From sequence record SRR22947727_2426: a stretch of 47,175 bases of DNA; one strand, written 5' to 3'. This document shows, one piece after another, positions 18,778 through 28,392 of the stretch. The notes beneath the pieces are model-generated. The model had not been told where the DNA came from and ran no database searches. It saw only the letters and a program-made list of their open reading frames with translations. A program made the translations under genes and the position numbers. Numbering within the stretch: position 1 is the first letter of the stretch; each line of letters begins with the position of its first letter.

Positions 18778-21700
18778 TCACTTACCGCTTCCCAATTCTT
18801 CGTAGTATTTTTTCACCAACTCTCGGAATTCACTCGGAACAGGATCGCGATCAATCGGGGCGAGGGGATTTTCCTTATCCAATTTCGCCAGCTCTTCGGT
18901 TAAGCGATTCCGCATTTCTACGAGCGGATTGGTGATTCGTGTCGTGATTTGATCAGCTTGTGGCGGCAGGTTGTCGCGGCGATAATCAATCCGCATGGCG
19001 CGGGCATTGTCAGAAACTTTCGCGATTTCGTTTTTCAAATCCTCGTCCTCAACCATCTCTTCAATGTTGCTAAGCTTTTTCGCGAACTCCTCGTAGCCCT
19101 CGCCCGTGATCGGATCGAGTGAGATTTCTTCTTCAGGCTGATTGAAAAACAAAGGTTTTCCAGGCTGCGCTGCACCTCCGGGAGGTGGTCCATTTCGGCG
19201 ATCATCTCCGCCGCCGTTGTTTAGAGCACCGCCTCCACCACGTTGGTCGCCCGCTGATTCGCTTGGCGGAGGGTTGTTCGCAAAACCCTGACTATAGCCT
19301 TTGCCTTTGCCTTGGCCCTTTCCCTTACCCTTGCCTTTTCCTTCACCTTTTTCACCAGCTCCTTTTCCCTCACCCTCACCCTTGCCCTCTCCTTGACCTT
19401 TGCCCTTGCCGTCAGGCCCTTTTCCTTTTTCGCCTTTTACATTCTCAGCAAGCTGGCCCGGCTCACCTTTGCCTTTGCCCTCGCCGGGTCGTTTCGGCCC
19501 GTCCGATTTTTCACCTTTACCTGCGCCAGGTTGCTCTCCTTTTGGTGAACCTTTGGAGCTGTCGCCTTTGCCATCAGGGCTTGGCGTGCCCTTGCCTTTT
19601 TCCGCCATTTGCTGACCGCCGGGTTCCTGTCCGTCTGCTGCCGGGGTGAAGCCCTGTTCTTTCATTTTCTCCTCAATTTCTTCGTTCGAGGCGGATGGGA
19701 AGCCCGCATTTTTAAGCTGTTCTGCAGTGGCAACTTCTCCGGTTTCTGAGTTCTCAAACCGGGGTGCATCTCCAGGTTTTCCATCTGGTCCGCGCCGCTG
19801 TCCTTCCGCCACCTCCGTGTCCTCGCCATTTTTTCCGGGTTGATTGCCTCCTAATTTCTTCGCTTCTGCTTCCGTTTTTTCGATCAAGTCATCCAGCTCA
19901 CTTCGCGCAAGTCGCAGCGCATCCGCCTCGTTGCCGAGCACTTTTTCGGCGGCAGCTTCAATGTCCTTTTTCAATTCTTCAATTCCCCGAGCTGCGGCAC
20001 GCTCAGGCTCGACGGCCATTTCACGGCGATTGTAGCGGGTCAGCTGACTTGCCTCCGCCAACGAATTCTCCACCCCACTCGTCGTGCTTTCGCGAACGCC
20101 TTCGTAAAGCGCAGTTGAAAGCAACGGCTCAGATTCTTCGCTCTGCTCGCTGAGTTTGCGCATCTGATCAATCAAGTCATTCAGCTTCTTCTTTTGAGCG
20201 TCGATCTCCCGGGATAAAGCCAGATTTTCTGCCGGTGAATTGGCCTGATCAAAAACGTCTTTGCCCTGTTCACTTTCATCCAGCTTCTTGCCAATCGCTT
20301 CCTGGGCGTCGGCCAATTCCCGTGCCTTGTTCCGCATCTCGCGCATTTCGCCGGCGAATTGCCGTGAGGTCTTTTCGCGGAAATCTTCCTTCACCTCTTC
20401 CAATTCACGCTGTGCGCGTGTGGCTGAGTTTGCTGCGTCCGCGAGCTTGCCCTCATCGAGTTTCTCTGCGGTTTCTTTTACCGCCTCGCGTGTTTCCTCC
20501 AATTTCTCCCGCTCCTCCGCCATGTTGGCGCGATTCTCTTCGGAGTCCATTTTCTCGGTGACTTCATCAAGTTCCCGCAGGAGTTGCTCCTGTTCTTCTT
20601 GAAGGCGTTTCAGTTGGCGTTCCAATTCGGATTTCTCTTCTTCGGTTTTTGCTTCCTGGAGGGCGGACTCGAGTTCTTTGATTTTCTTCGCAATGGCTTC
20701 CTGACGTTTCGCCAATTCTTTCAAGCGGGTCAGAACTTCGAGGTTTGCCTTTTGTTCAGGCGTTGTCGGCATTTCCTCTTCGGCCATTCGCTGCTCTTCG
20801 TAGCGAAGCTCCTTCTGCTTCATTTCGAGCTCCATCATCTGCTGCTCTTTCGGTTGGCCCGGTTTTCCCTGACTGGGGTCTTGAGACATGGTCACGTTGT
20901 GCTCGCGATTTTTGGCTCTTACCAGCGTTTGGTAGGCATCTTTTGCAAAATCCAAAGCCGGCTCCAATTTTTTCCCATCCGGTTTTTCGAGAGCAACCGT
21001 CCATTCGCCGACGGCTTTCTCCATGAACCCACGAGCTTCGGTAAACAGAGCTTTCACCTCGGCGTCTTCGACTTTTTCCATCGCTTCATCAAGGAGACCG
21101 ATCGTGATCTCCTGAGACTGTTTCAAAACATCAACGTCGCTGGCGAGTTCTTCAATCGTCCGTCCCATTTGTTCACGACGAAGTAATTTCCAGCCCGCGT
21201 TGATGACGTCTTTTTGCATCTTCATCAACTTCTCTGACTCGCCGCCTTCGCCCTCGCTGGGCTCACCTCCCTGGGATTCTTTTTCGCGAAAGATGTCTTC
21301 GAATTCCCGGACTTCAGCGAAAAACATGTCGCTCATGGTGCGGCGCACTTTCCCATCGGGACCGAGATCTTCTGCCCAGAGGTGATACGAAACCATGTCC
21401 CGTGGCTTGGCTCCGATCTCTTCAAAATTGAATTGCGTGCTGAGCGGATGATTTTTTCCGCCCGCTAGTTTTCCATCTGCAAGCGTGACATCACGATCTT
21501 CTTTCCCGACTTCAAAAGTGACGCCGACACTCATCACACCGATGTCATCCCAGACTTTGCCTTCCACTGGCATTTCCTGAAGGGCTGAGACTTCCACGTC
21601 GGTTTTAGGAAATTCAAATTCCAATTTCGGTGGCTGATTTTTCTTCACGGTCACCGTGATGATCGGCGGTCGCTTATTGGCTCGTTCGCGATCATCGACC

Positions 21701-22821
21701 AGATGCAGCCGGTATTTTTGAGTCTCTTTCGGCTGATGGGATGCCACCAATACGCTGGGATTTTCAGAACTTGCCTTTAGCGAGATGATTTCCCCATCGT
21801 CCATTCCGAAGAGTTCAGCGTCTTTGACTGGTTTATTAATCGTCATGGACCACGCCAAATCAGAACCTTCCAGCAGTGAAACTTTGCGGGTGTCCTCGAT
21901 CGTTTTCGTTTTTTGTTCAGCGTAGGCTGGCGGCGTGATTGTCGCGTCAGCCTGACCTAGCTTGGGATGAACATACGTGGTGATCTTGAATTCGTCCGAC
22001 TGCTCCCCATCAAATTCGATTCGATAAACCGCGTCCGAATCAACTTTAGTGATCAATCCGGCAAAGACCTGTTCATCCAAGCCCGGCTGTAAGGTCACCC
22101 GACCGCGCTCGGCGCCTTCCTCTCCCGGATCGCGAATCACGACCATTGCGTTGGGCGGAATTCGTCCGTTGAACTTTGCTTCAACAACCAACTTTGTGCC
22201 GCGTTCGACTTCTGCGTCGCCGGGATTTACTTTGATTTCGTAATCACCCAGTAGATCAGGAATGGGCTGTTCGATTTTCGGTTCCGGCTTCGCCACATTT
22301 TTTGCGAGCTGGAGGATCCGATTGTTTTCACTGAGCAATCCGAACATCACTGCAAAAAAAGCGATCGCCGCAACGAGCTGAAGTGCGCCAGCCTTCACCA
22401 AACGGCTTCGCGAAATTTGTTTCACCCAATCATTTTTCAGCGCGTGATTCACCGCATCGAAGACAACCTGCTCCTGCAAATAGCCAAGCTCGCCATTCGG
22501 CCCCGGCTTCTGTTCGACCGCAGTAAGAAGTGCCGCCTGCAAATCCGGGTTCTCGCTCTCGATTTTATCCGCAATTTTTTTGACCGACGTCGTTTTTGAA
22601 TCGGCCCACCACAAAGCAATCAGCGCCGCAAAAATAACGCCGACTGCGACGGTGATGACAGCCGGCCACGACCAAAAATTCTCCAGCTTCGCGAGAACGA
22701 AAAGCACCGCTGCAATCGCCGATCCGATCAGTAAAACGGCAGCGAGTGCTTTGCGCCGCCGCAATGCTGCCTCAGCAGAAATGAGCGGGCGAAGTTTTTG
22801 ATCGAGGACGTTATGGATCAT
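18778..22821 (-). CDS. Large membrane-anchored coiled-coil protein (DUF4175-like) with Gly/Lys/Glu low-complexity region
   Basis: Three N-terminal TM helices, Ig-like beta region, long coiled coil, GKGEG-type repeats, C-terminal DPVPSEFRELVKKYYEEL. Confidence 0.8.
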   Translation of the reverse strand: MIHNVLDQKLRPLISAEAALRRRKALAAVLLIGSAIAAVLFVLAKLENFWSWPAVITVAVGVIFAALIALWWADSKTTSVKKIADKIESENPDLQAALLTAVEQKPGPNGELGYLQEQVVFDAVNHALKNDWVKQISRSRLVKAGALQLVAAIAFFAVMFGLLSENNRILQLAKNVAKPEPKIEQPIPDLLGDYEIKVNPGDAEVERGTKLVVEAKFNGRIPPNAMVVIRDPGEEGAERGRVTLQPGLDEQVFAGLITKVDSDAVYRIEFDGEQSDEFKITTYVHPKLGQADATITPPAYAEQKTKTIEDTRKVSLLEGSDLAWSMTINKPVKDAELFGMDDGEIISLKASSENPSVLVASHQPKETQKYRLHLVDDRERANKRPPIITVTVKKNQPPKLEFEFPKTDVEVSALQEMPVEGKVWDDIGVMSVGVTFEVGKEDRDVTLADGKLAGGKNHPLSTQFNFEEIGAKPRDMVSYHLWAEDLGPDGKVRRTMSDMFFAEVREFEDIFREKESQGGEPSEGEGGESEKLMKMQKDVINAGWKLLRREQMGRTIEELASDVDVLKQSQEITIGLLDEAMEKVEDAEVKALFTEARGFMEKAVGEWTVALEKPDGKKLEPALDFAKDAYQTLVRAKNREHNVTMSQDPSQGKPGQPKEQQMMELEMKQKELRYEEQRMAEEEMPTTPEQKANLEVLTRLKELAKRQEAIAKKIKELESALQEAKTEEEKSELERQLKRLQEEQEQLLRELDEVTEKMDSEENRANMAEEREKLEETREAVKETAEKLDEGKLADAANSATRAQRELEEVKEDFREKTSRQFAGEMREMRNKARELADAQEAIGKKLDESEQGKDVFDQANSPAENLALSREIDAQKKKLNDLIDQMRKLSEQSEESEPLLSTALYEGVRESTTSGVENSLAEASQLTRYNRREMAVEPERAAARGIEELKKDIEAAAEKVLGNEADALRLARSELDDLIEKTEAEAKKLGGNQPGKNGEDTEVAEGQRRGPDGKPGDAPRFENSETGEVATAEQLKNAGFPSASNEEIEEKMKEQGFTPAADGQEPGGQQMAEKGKGTPSPDGKGDSSKGSPKGEQPGAGKGEKSDGPKRPGEGKGKGEPGQLAENVKGEKGKGPDGKGKGQGEGKGEGEGKGAGEKGEGKGKGKGKGQGKGKGYSQGFANNPPPSESAGDQRGGGGALNNGGGDDRRNGPPPGGAAQPGKPLFFNQPEEEISLDPITGEGYEEFAKKLSNIEEMVEDEDLKNEIAKVSDNARAMRIDYRRDNLPPQADQITTRITNPLVEMRNRLTEELAKLDKENPLAPIDRDPVPSEFRELVKKYYEELGSGK

Positions 22822-22866
22822 GGGAATTGGAGGAATCGGGTTTCAGGAGCTGCAGATTCTTTACAA

Positions 22867-22919
22867 TTAAACGAATCAACAGGGTCTGTTTGATGAACCA
22901 ACCCTGTTGGTTCGTTAAA
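22867..22919. repeat. Dispersed bipartite element, copy C (inverted arrangement), intergenic
   Basis: ttaaac-GAAT caacagggtct GTTT-gat-GAAC caaccctgttg GTTC-gttaaa. Confidence 0.9.
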
Positions 22920-22942
22920 ATGTGTATTTGTAAAAATTGTCA

Positions 22943-25105
22943 TCATCCAGCGAAGGCGGCGCCCTCCGGTTCGGCGACACCCGTTCGGCGTCGTCCGGCT
23001 AACCAGGTTTCGATGAGTAGGACGATTAAAATTGCGAGGACGATCCATTTCCAAACTTTCTGACGCTTCTCTTTTTCTTTGGCTTCGAGGCGTTGTTTCT
23101 GTTTTTTGATTTCTTCTTGTGTCGCGCCAGCAAGTGCGGCGGCGGCTTCTGGATCTTCGGCAGTTTCCGCTTCGATATTCACACCGAGATCTCCCAGCGC
23201 GACAACAGGATCAACCGGTTCGATGCGGCTTTCTGCGGGTGTTAAATTGACGGCGAATATCCGCTCTTCGCCGACCGTCGAAGTCGCCACAGTGTAAAAG
23301 CCAGGTTCGTTGGTGTCGGCAAAAACAGTTGATCCGCTTTCCAATGAAACCGTGTCGCCAGTCGGAAGTTTCACCGTTTTTGCATCGCGAATCCCCGCGA
23401 GCGGAATTGGATTTCCGACATAGAGTGGCCTTGCTTCTGTCGCGGAATAGCCAGCCTGAGCAAACATTGCGTAAATCAGCGGGACAAATTTCGAAGAGAG
23501 AGCGAGTTGGCTTTCCTGAGGCTCCCAGCCGGACGTGAATACGAACAGTCGTCCGTTTGCTTCGCCGCGATTTATCTCCAGCCAAGCCGGATCTCCACTA
23601 TCAAAATCAGCCAGCTGCTTCACCGTTTCACTGTCCTCTGGAATCGTCAGTGAACGGTGTTTCCACGTGTGGACTTTGGTGAAATCCCGAACTTTTGCCT
23701 TTGCAAACGGAGCTAAAACCGGATGTTCAAAATCAAGCGATGAAAGCATCGCGTAGTTGGAAACGTCGGCTTCTGCCAATCTCAAATCATCGCGTCCGGA
23801 AAGCGCCGAAAGGGATTCCGCTTTCGCGCCTTCGCCAGTGATTGCGATTGCCATGCCGCCGTCTTCTACAAATTTACCCACACTGCGGGTAATCGCTTCG
23901 GGTGTGTTTTCGGAAAGCTGCACGACGACCACGTTCGCGGTTTTTAGGGTATCTGGTTTGAAGTCTTCGTATTTCACACCATCGACCGCCGGGTCGATTG
24001 CTTTGGTTCGATTCATCGCCCGGGCGAGATAGAAATAGGAAGAACCGACGTCGTTCCGTTTTGGATCCTCGCCGATGAATAGAATTTGAATCAAACGCGG
24101 TTGCGTCCGCGCGATGTAAACTTTGTTGTCGAACGAATGCGCATCGCCCGAAATTTCGAGAACGGCGTCTTCTGATTCGGATTCACGTGGAGGCACCGCA
24201 ACCACTCGGCTTGCGCCGGGAGAAAGGATTCCTTCAGCAATGTTTCCATCTTTTTCGCCCGCCCATTTTAGCTGATAACTTTCGCCTTCGGAATCCGGGG
24301 AGTTCGACAATCGAACGCGCCGTGTCACGGGTCCTGCTTTTTGGCTGTCCTGTGTGATCGAAGCCGCGACCAGATTGGCGGTCATATTTCCGGGTTTTTT
24401 GGGGGCAACCGAAAGACAGCGAACTGAAACATCTTCCGGCCAAGCATATTGGGCCAACGCATCGCGCTCCGCACCGTCTTGAAAATCGCTGATCACGACA
24501 ACTTCACGTTTAGCAAAGGCATCTTTGCCTTCGCTCGACTCGCTGCTGGTTTCGTCGGCGAGTTCAGAAATGGCCGTTCCCAAATCGGTTGAACTCCAGC
24601 CCGGTTTGGAATCGGCAAGCAAGGTGGTGAGTTCGGCTTTCCTCGCAGGCCCTGTCCAGCCAACTGTATTTTCCGAATCCGTCACGGTTTCCAATTGCTG
24701 CCCAAAAACAGAAACAGAAACAGAATCGTCAGCTCCCGTTTTAGAAATCGTTTCGTTCGCAAGTTCGACGGCTTCTTCCCAAAGGCCATCCCGTTGCATC
24801 GAGGCACTGCGATCGATCAAAATTGCAGTCCGAGTTCCGGTTCCGCCATCACCGAGAAATGTGCTCGATTTGAAATACGGCCGGCAAAAAATCAGAGCCA
24901 ACAGCAGCAGCGCCAAACAACGCAGGGCCAGTAAAATCCAGCGATCCACTTTGGTCCGCCGCGTGAGTTGTTCCGGAGACTTTTCCAAGAACATCAGGGA
25001 GCTAAACTCCATGTGTTCCTTCGGCGGCCGCCGTCTCAGGTGGAATAGAATTGGAACCGCGAGGGCGGCTGCACCAAGAAAATAAAGCGGAAAGAGAAAA
25101 CTCAC
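22943..25105 (-). CDS. BatA N-terminal domain / von Willebrand A membrane protein
   Basis: GTG start; PILFHL...FSSLMFL...LLALRCL...RP (BatA domain); MIDAS DRSASM, STD, VISDFQ; C-terminal TM helix with ETWLAGR. Confidence 0.88.
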   Translation of the reverse strand: MSFLFPLYFLGAAALAVPILFHLRRRPPKEHMEFSSLMFLEKSPEQLTRRTKVDRWILLALRCLALLLLALIFCRPYFKSSTFLGDGGTGTRTAILIDRSASMQRDGLWEEAVELANETISKTGADDSVSVSVFGQQLETVTDSENTVGWTGPARKAELTTLLADSKPGWSSTDLGTAISELADETSSESSEGKDAFAKREVVVISDFQDGAERDALAQYAWPEDVSVRCLSVAPKKPGNMTANLVAASITQDSQKAGPVTRRVRLSNSPDSEGESYQLKWAGEKDGNIAEGILSPGASRVVAVPPRESESEDAVLEISGDAHSFDNKVYIARTQPRLIQILFIGEDPKRNDVGSSYFYLARAMNRTKAIDPAVDGVKYEDFKPDTLKTANVVVVQLSENTPEAITRSVGKFVEDGGMAIAITGEGAKAESLSALSGRDDLRLAEADVSNYAMLSSLDFEHPVLAPFAKAKVRDFTKVHTWKHRSLTIPEDSETVKQLADFDSGDPAWLEINRGEANGRLFVFTSGWEPQESQLALSSKFVPLIYAMFAQAGYSATEARPLYVGNPIPLAGIRDAKTVKLPTGDTVSLESGSTVFADTNEPGFYTVATSTVGEERIFAVNLTPAESRIEPVDPVVALGDLGVNIEAETAEDPEAAAALAGATQEEIKKQKQRLEAKEKEKRQKVWKWIVLAILIVLLIETWLAGRRRTGVAEPEGAAFAG

Positions 25106-25178
25106 GGTTACAAGAATGCCACGTTTGGCCGTGATGAACAGGCTATTTTCGTGTCACGATTGGGCTATTGAGTAGATT

Positions 25179-26075
25179 TTACGTTGGCTCCCAAACAGGT
25201 GTCGCCGAAAGGATGTCGCGTACAAATTCGCCCGGTAATACCGCGAAAATTGGAATTTTGATATTCCACCGTTTTGCCTCGGCTTGAATCGTTTCCCGAA
25301 TTTGTTCGTGGTTATAGCGACACGAAAAATGACCGAGTATTAGCACTTTGAGATTCGGCATTTCAGAAGCCATTTTGATGACATCAGGAACGGACGAGTG
25401 GTGGGCCTCCTGCTTTCGACTCGTCAGGTCTTTCTCGTTCAGAAAAGTCGCTTCATGAATCAAGACTTCCGGATTCTTCCAATATTTTGCGTTCTCGATC
25501 GGCGTATCCGCTGAATAGGTGAGGATCGTGCTGCGAACGATATCGACAATTTCGTCGACGGGGCGTTCCTTCCGCAGCCTGCCGATTTCAGGGCCTGACA
25601 GGGAGGAGAATTCGGACTTCAACTTTTGAGTATCGCAATAAACGGAATAGCTCAGACTCTTGTGCTGACCCTGCGAAGTTTCACTCCGCGGAATGTGGCG
25701 ATTTGGATAGGCTTCGAGGAAAGTATTAGGCTTCAACTGCTGGACATGCCCGTTTTCGATTCCCTGCCATTTGGTATTTCCTGCGACATGGGGATCGAAC
25801 TGATCCGTAAACTTTTTAATCGCAGGAAACGATCCAGAGTCTTTTGGGTAAAGGACAAGCGGACGATTGCTAGTCGAGTTCAGCTGCAAGAATTGGAACA
25901 ATCCTGACAGGTGATCACGATCCGCATGACTGCAGGCAATCGTCTTTATTTTGAGACCTTTTTGCTGAAGCGTCGCAGCAGCTCCATCGCCGCAATCAAA
26001 CAGCAAGCCTATCGGTTCGATCGCCCAGCAGGTCGAGTAGAGAGCCGTTGAATGGCCGCTGACTCTTAGATTCAT
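25179..26075 (-). CDS. rnz: Ribonuclease Z, Thermotoga (TM)-type-like metallo-beta-lactamase
   Basis: STALYST, LFDCGDG, short exosite KLKSEFSSLSGPEIGRL, ADT, IHEATF, GHFSCRY; motif II reads HADRDH. Confidence 0.75.
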   Translation of the reverse strand: MNLRVSGHSTALYSTCWAIEPIGLLFDCGDGAAATLQQKGLKIKTIACSHADRDHLSGLFQFLQLNSTSNRPLVLYPKDSGSFPAIKKFTDQFDPHVAGNTKWQGIENGHVQQLKPNTFLEAYPNRHIPRSETSQGQHKSLSYSVYCDTQKLKSEFSSLSGPEIGRLRKERPVDEIVDIVRSTILTYSADTPIENAKYWKNPEVLIHEATFLNEKDLTSRKQEAHHSSVPDVIKMASEMPNLKVLILGHFSCRYNHEQIRETIQAEAKRWNIKIPIFAVLPGEFVRDILSATPVWEPT

Positions 26076-26077
26076 TC

Positions 26078-27556
26078 TCACCCATCTTTCCGCTTCAACT
26101 GCGGGAACAGCACCACATCGCGAATCGAGTCCGCGCCAGTCAGCATCATGACAAGGCGATCGATACCGATTCCAATACCACCAGCTGACGGCATGCCGTA
26201 TTCCAGTGCGAGAAGGAAATCTTCGTCGACTTTTTGAGTCTCTTCTCCAGCCTGATCTTCGAGGCGGGCGCGTTGCACGTCGGGATCGTTCAGCTCGGAG
26301 TAACCGGGTGAAATCTCGGCGCCGTTGATGATCAATTCGTAAACGTCGACGACGGAATCATCGGACGTGTTCTGCTTCGCGAGTGGCACGAGTTCTTTGG
26401 AAACGTGGGTCACGTAGATCGGATCGATACACTTTTCTTCGACGAGTTTTTCGAAAACCTGCTGAGTGACTTCGTAGTCTTCCATTCCGGCTGATGTTTC
26501 GACTTTTAGGTCGTTTTTGCAGCGAGCAACCCGCTCTTCCAGCGTGATGTCGAACCAGTCGTCGCCGGCAACTTCTTTGATCAAATCGTTGTAGGCAGCG
26601 CGTTTCCACGGGCGGCTCAAGTTGATCGTCTTGGTCACTTCGCCTTCAGCATTTTTGTGATCAATCTTCAAACCGCCGCAATATTTCTCAGCAAGCGTGC
26701 AAATCATGTCTTCGACGAGATCGGCCATTTGCTCGAAATCTGCGTAGGCCCAATACGCTTCCAGCATCGTGAATTCTGGATTGTGACGACGGCTGATGCC
26801 TTCGTTTCGGAAGCTGCGATTCAGTTCAAAAACTTTGTCGAATCCGCCAATGAGAAGTCGCTTGAGGTAAAGCTCGGGCGCGATTCGAAGATACATATCC
26901 ATGCTCAACGCGTTGTGGCGCGTCTCAAAAGGCTGGGCTGCAGCGCCGCCGGGAACATCCTGGAGCATTGGGGTTTCCACTTCGAGAAAGCCGCGATCGC
27001 CGAGATAACGACGAATTTCGGAAACCATCGCGCAACGCTTTTTGAAAACATCACGGCTCTGCTCGTTCGCGATGAGATCGAGATAACGCTGACGGTATTT
27101 GATCTGAGGATCCACCACGCCGCTGAACTTATTCGGCATGGGGCGAAGCGATTTCGAAATCACGGTGATCGTTTTCGCTTTCACAGTCGGTTCGCCGGTC
27201 CGCGTCGTAAACGTTTCGCCTTCGACGCCGGCCCAGTCACCGACTTCGAGCTGCTTGTAAATTTCCCACTGCTCATCGCCGAGTTCGCCTTTGTTCACAA
27301 AAGACTGAATTCCGCCATCGATGTTGGAAAGCTCGATGAAATTACTTTTGCCCATATCGCGCAGCGCAGTGATGCGGCCGGCGATTTTCACCTGCATTTC
27401 TTCTTCGAAATTGTCCCGCAACTCAGCCGGGGAGTGCGTGGTTTCAAACTTCGCCCCAAACGGATCGACGCCCAGCTCGCGCAGCTTGTTCAGCTTTTCG
27501 CGGCGGAATTTCAGCAATTCGTTAAGATCTTCTTCTTGCGGGATTTCGTCAGACAT
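26078..27556 (-). CDS. lysS: Lysine--tRNA ligase (class II)
   Basis: Start MSDEIPQ (ATG 27556); YRQRYLDL, FLEVETPML, LRIAPELYLKRL, FRNEGISRRHNPEFTMLE, GIGIDRLVM. Confidence 0.97.
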   Translation of the reverse strand: MSDEIPQEEDLNELLKFRREKLNKLRELGVDPFGAKFETTHSPAELRDNFEEEMQVKIAGRITALRDMGKSNFIELSNIDGGIQSFVNKGELGDEQWEIYKQLEVGDWAGVEGETFTTRTGEPTVKAKTITVISKSLRPMPNKFSGVVDPQIKYRQRYLDLIANEQSRDVFKKRCAMVSEIRRYLGDRGFLEVETPMLQDVPGGAAAQPFETRHNALSMDMYLRIAPELYLKRLLIGGFDKVFELNRSFRNEGISRRHNPEFTMLEAYWAYADFEQMADLVEDMICTLAEKYCGGLKIDHKNAEGEVTKTINLSRPWKRAAYNDLIKEVAGDDWFDITLEERVARCKNDLKVETSAGMEDYEVTQQVFEKLVEEKCIDPIYVTHVSKELVPLAKQNTSDDSVVDVYELIINGAEISPGYSELNDPDVQRARLEDQAGEETQKVDEDFLLALEYGMPSAGGIGIGIDRLVMMLTGADSIRDVVLFPQLKRKDG

Positions 27557-27573
27557 GAGATGTGCTTTTTTAA

Positions 27574-28290
27574 ATGTCCGCCAGCATGATCGAAGCGAGC
27601 GAAAAATCAACCGTCACCCGCGCCCAAATTGCCGATAGCATTTGGCTGGATGGTCGTCTCGCGATTTGGCATGAAACGTCGAACTGGCTGGCGTTGAGTG
27701 ATGTTCACTACGGTTACGAGCTTTCGCGAAAGGCAATCGGTGGTTTGTGGCCAAATTGGGGAATGGCAGCGATCGAGGAACGGCTGGGTGAAATGATTGA
27801 TGAATATGCGCCCGAAAAGCTAATTCTCGTCGGCGATATTATCGATTCCAGCTTCGTCGGCATGGAGGGGATTCAATTTCTCGAGAAAATCATCGAGCGC
27901 ACGCCGGGCGAGGTCATTTTTGTGGAAGGGAATCACGACCGGGGCACGATCAAAGCCAAATTCGACTGGGTTCCGCAGTTTGATATTGACGGATTTCTAT
28001 TTCATCATGGTCATCAGCCGACGCCTTTGGGAGATTATAAAACGGAGGTTGTGGGACATTTTCATCCGTCGGTGAATCTTCGCGATGGAGCGGGGATGTC
28101 GCTGCGAATTCCATCGCTGGTTCAGGAGAGCTACAAAAATCAGGCGGACCGCTGGGTACTGCCGGCCTTTTCCCCGTGGGCCGGAGGTGGACGATTTAAA
28201 ATCGCGGAAGGTTGCGAAAGTGCTCGGCAATGGGTTGCGAGCACGACGCGAGTTTTTGAACTTCACGATCCAACCCTTTTGGATCGATGA
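27574..28290 (+). CDS. Calcineurin-like metallophosphoesterase (PdeM/ICC-like)
   Basis: SDVHYG, VGDI, GNHD, HHGH, GHFHP, LPAF motifs. Confidence 0.85.
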   Translation: MSASMIEASEKSTVTRAQIADSIWLDGRLAIWHETSNWLALSDVHYGYELSRKAIGGLWPNWGMAAIEERLGEMIDEYAPEKLILVGDIIDSSFVGMEGIQFLEKIIERTPGEVIFVEGNHDRGTIKAKFDWVPQFDIDGFLFHHGHQPTPLGDYKTEVVGHFHPSVNLRDGAGMSLRIPSLVQESYKNQADRWVLPAFSPWAGGGRFKIAEGCESARQWVASTTRVFELHDPTLLDR

Positions 28291-28313
28291 ACAGACCTTA
28301 GTAGTTCGTAACA
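28261..28313. repeat. Dispersed bipartite element, copy D (direct arrangement), spanning the metallophosphoesterase stop codon
   Basis: cttcac-GATC caacccttttg GATC-gat-GAAC agaccttagta GTTC-gtaaca. Confidence 0.8.
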
Positions 28314-28370
28314 GAAGCATCTTGCGATTGCCGTTCCGGCCGTCTCCAGACCGCTGGACAAGCCAGCTTT

Positions 28371-28391
28371 TGTCTCTGTTGGTTCGTAAAA
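28371..28391. repeat. Right half-site of the dispersed element
   Basis: tgtctctgttg GTTC gtaaaa, 1 bp from the stop codon of the 28393..31560 gene. Confidence 0.65.
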
Positions 28392-28392
28392 A

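Noticed and set aside
19280-19620. Purine/pyrimidine-skewed repetitive tract as a DNA repeat element
   Set aside because: Explained by the Gly-Lys-Gly-Glu low-complexity coding region of the coiled-coil protein.
25133-25175. gatgaacaggctattttc...gggctattg between rnz and the BatA gene as an element copy
   Set aside because: Lacks the CCCT core and the 4-11-4 geometry; probably chance similarity.
26657-27589. 310-aa plus-strand ORF, and other long antisense ORFs such as 20584..21186, 24525..25085, 7920..8537 and 44737..45357
   Set aside because: They lie antisense to well-supported genes (lysS and others) and have no recognisable motifs; typical shadow ORFs.
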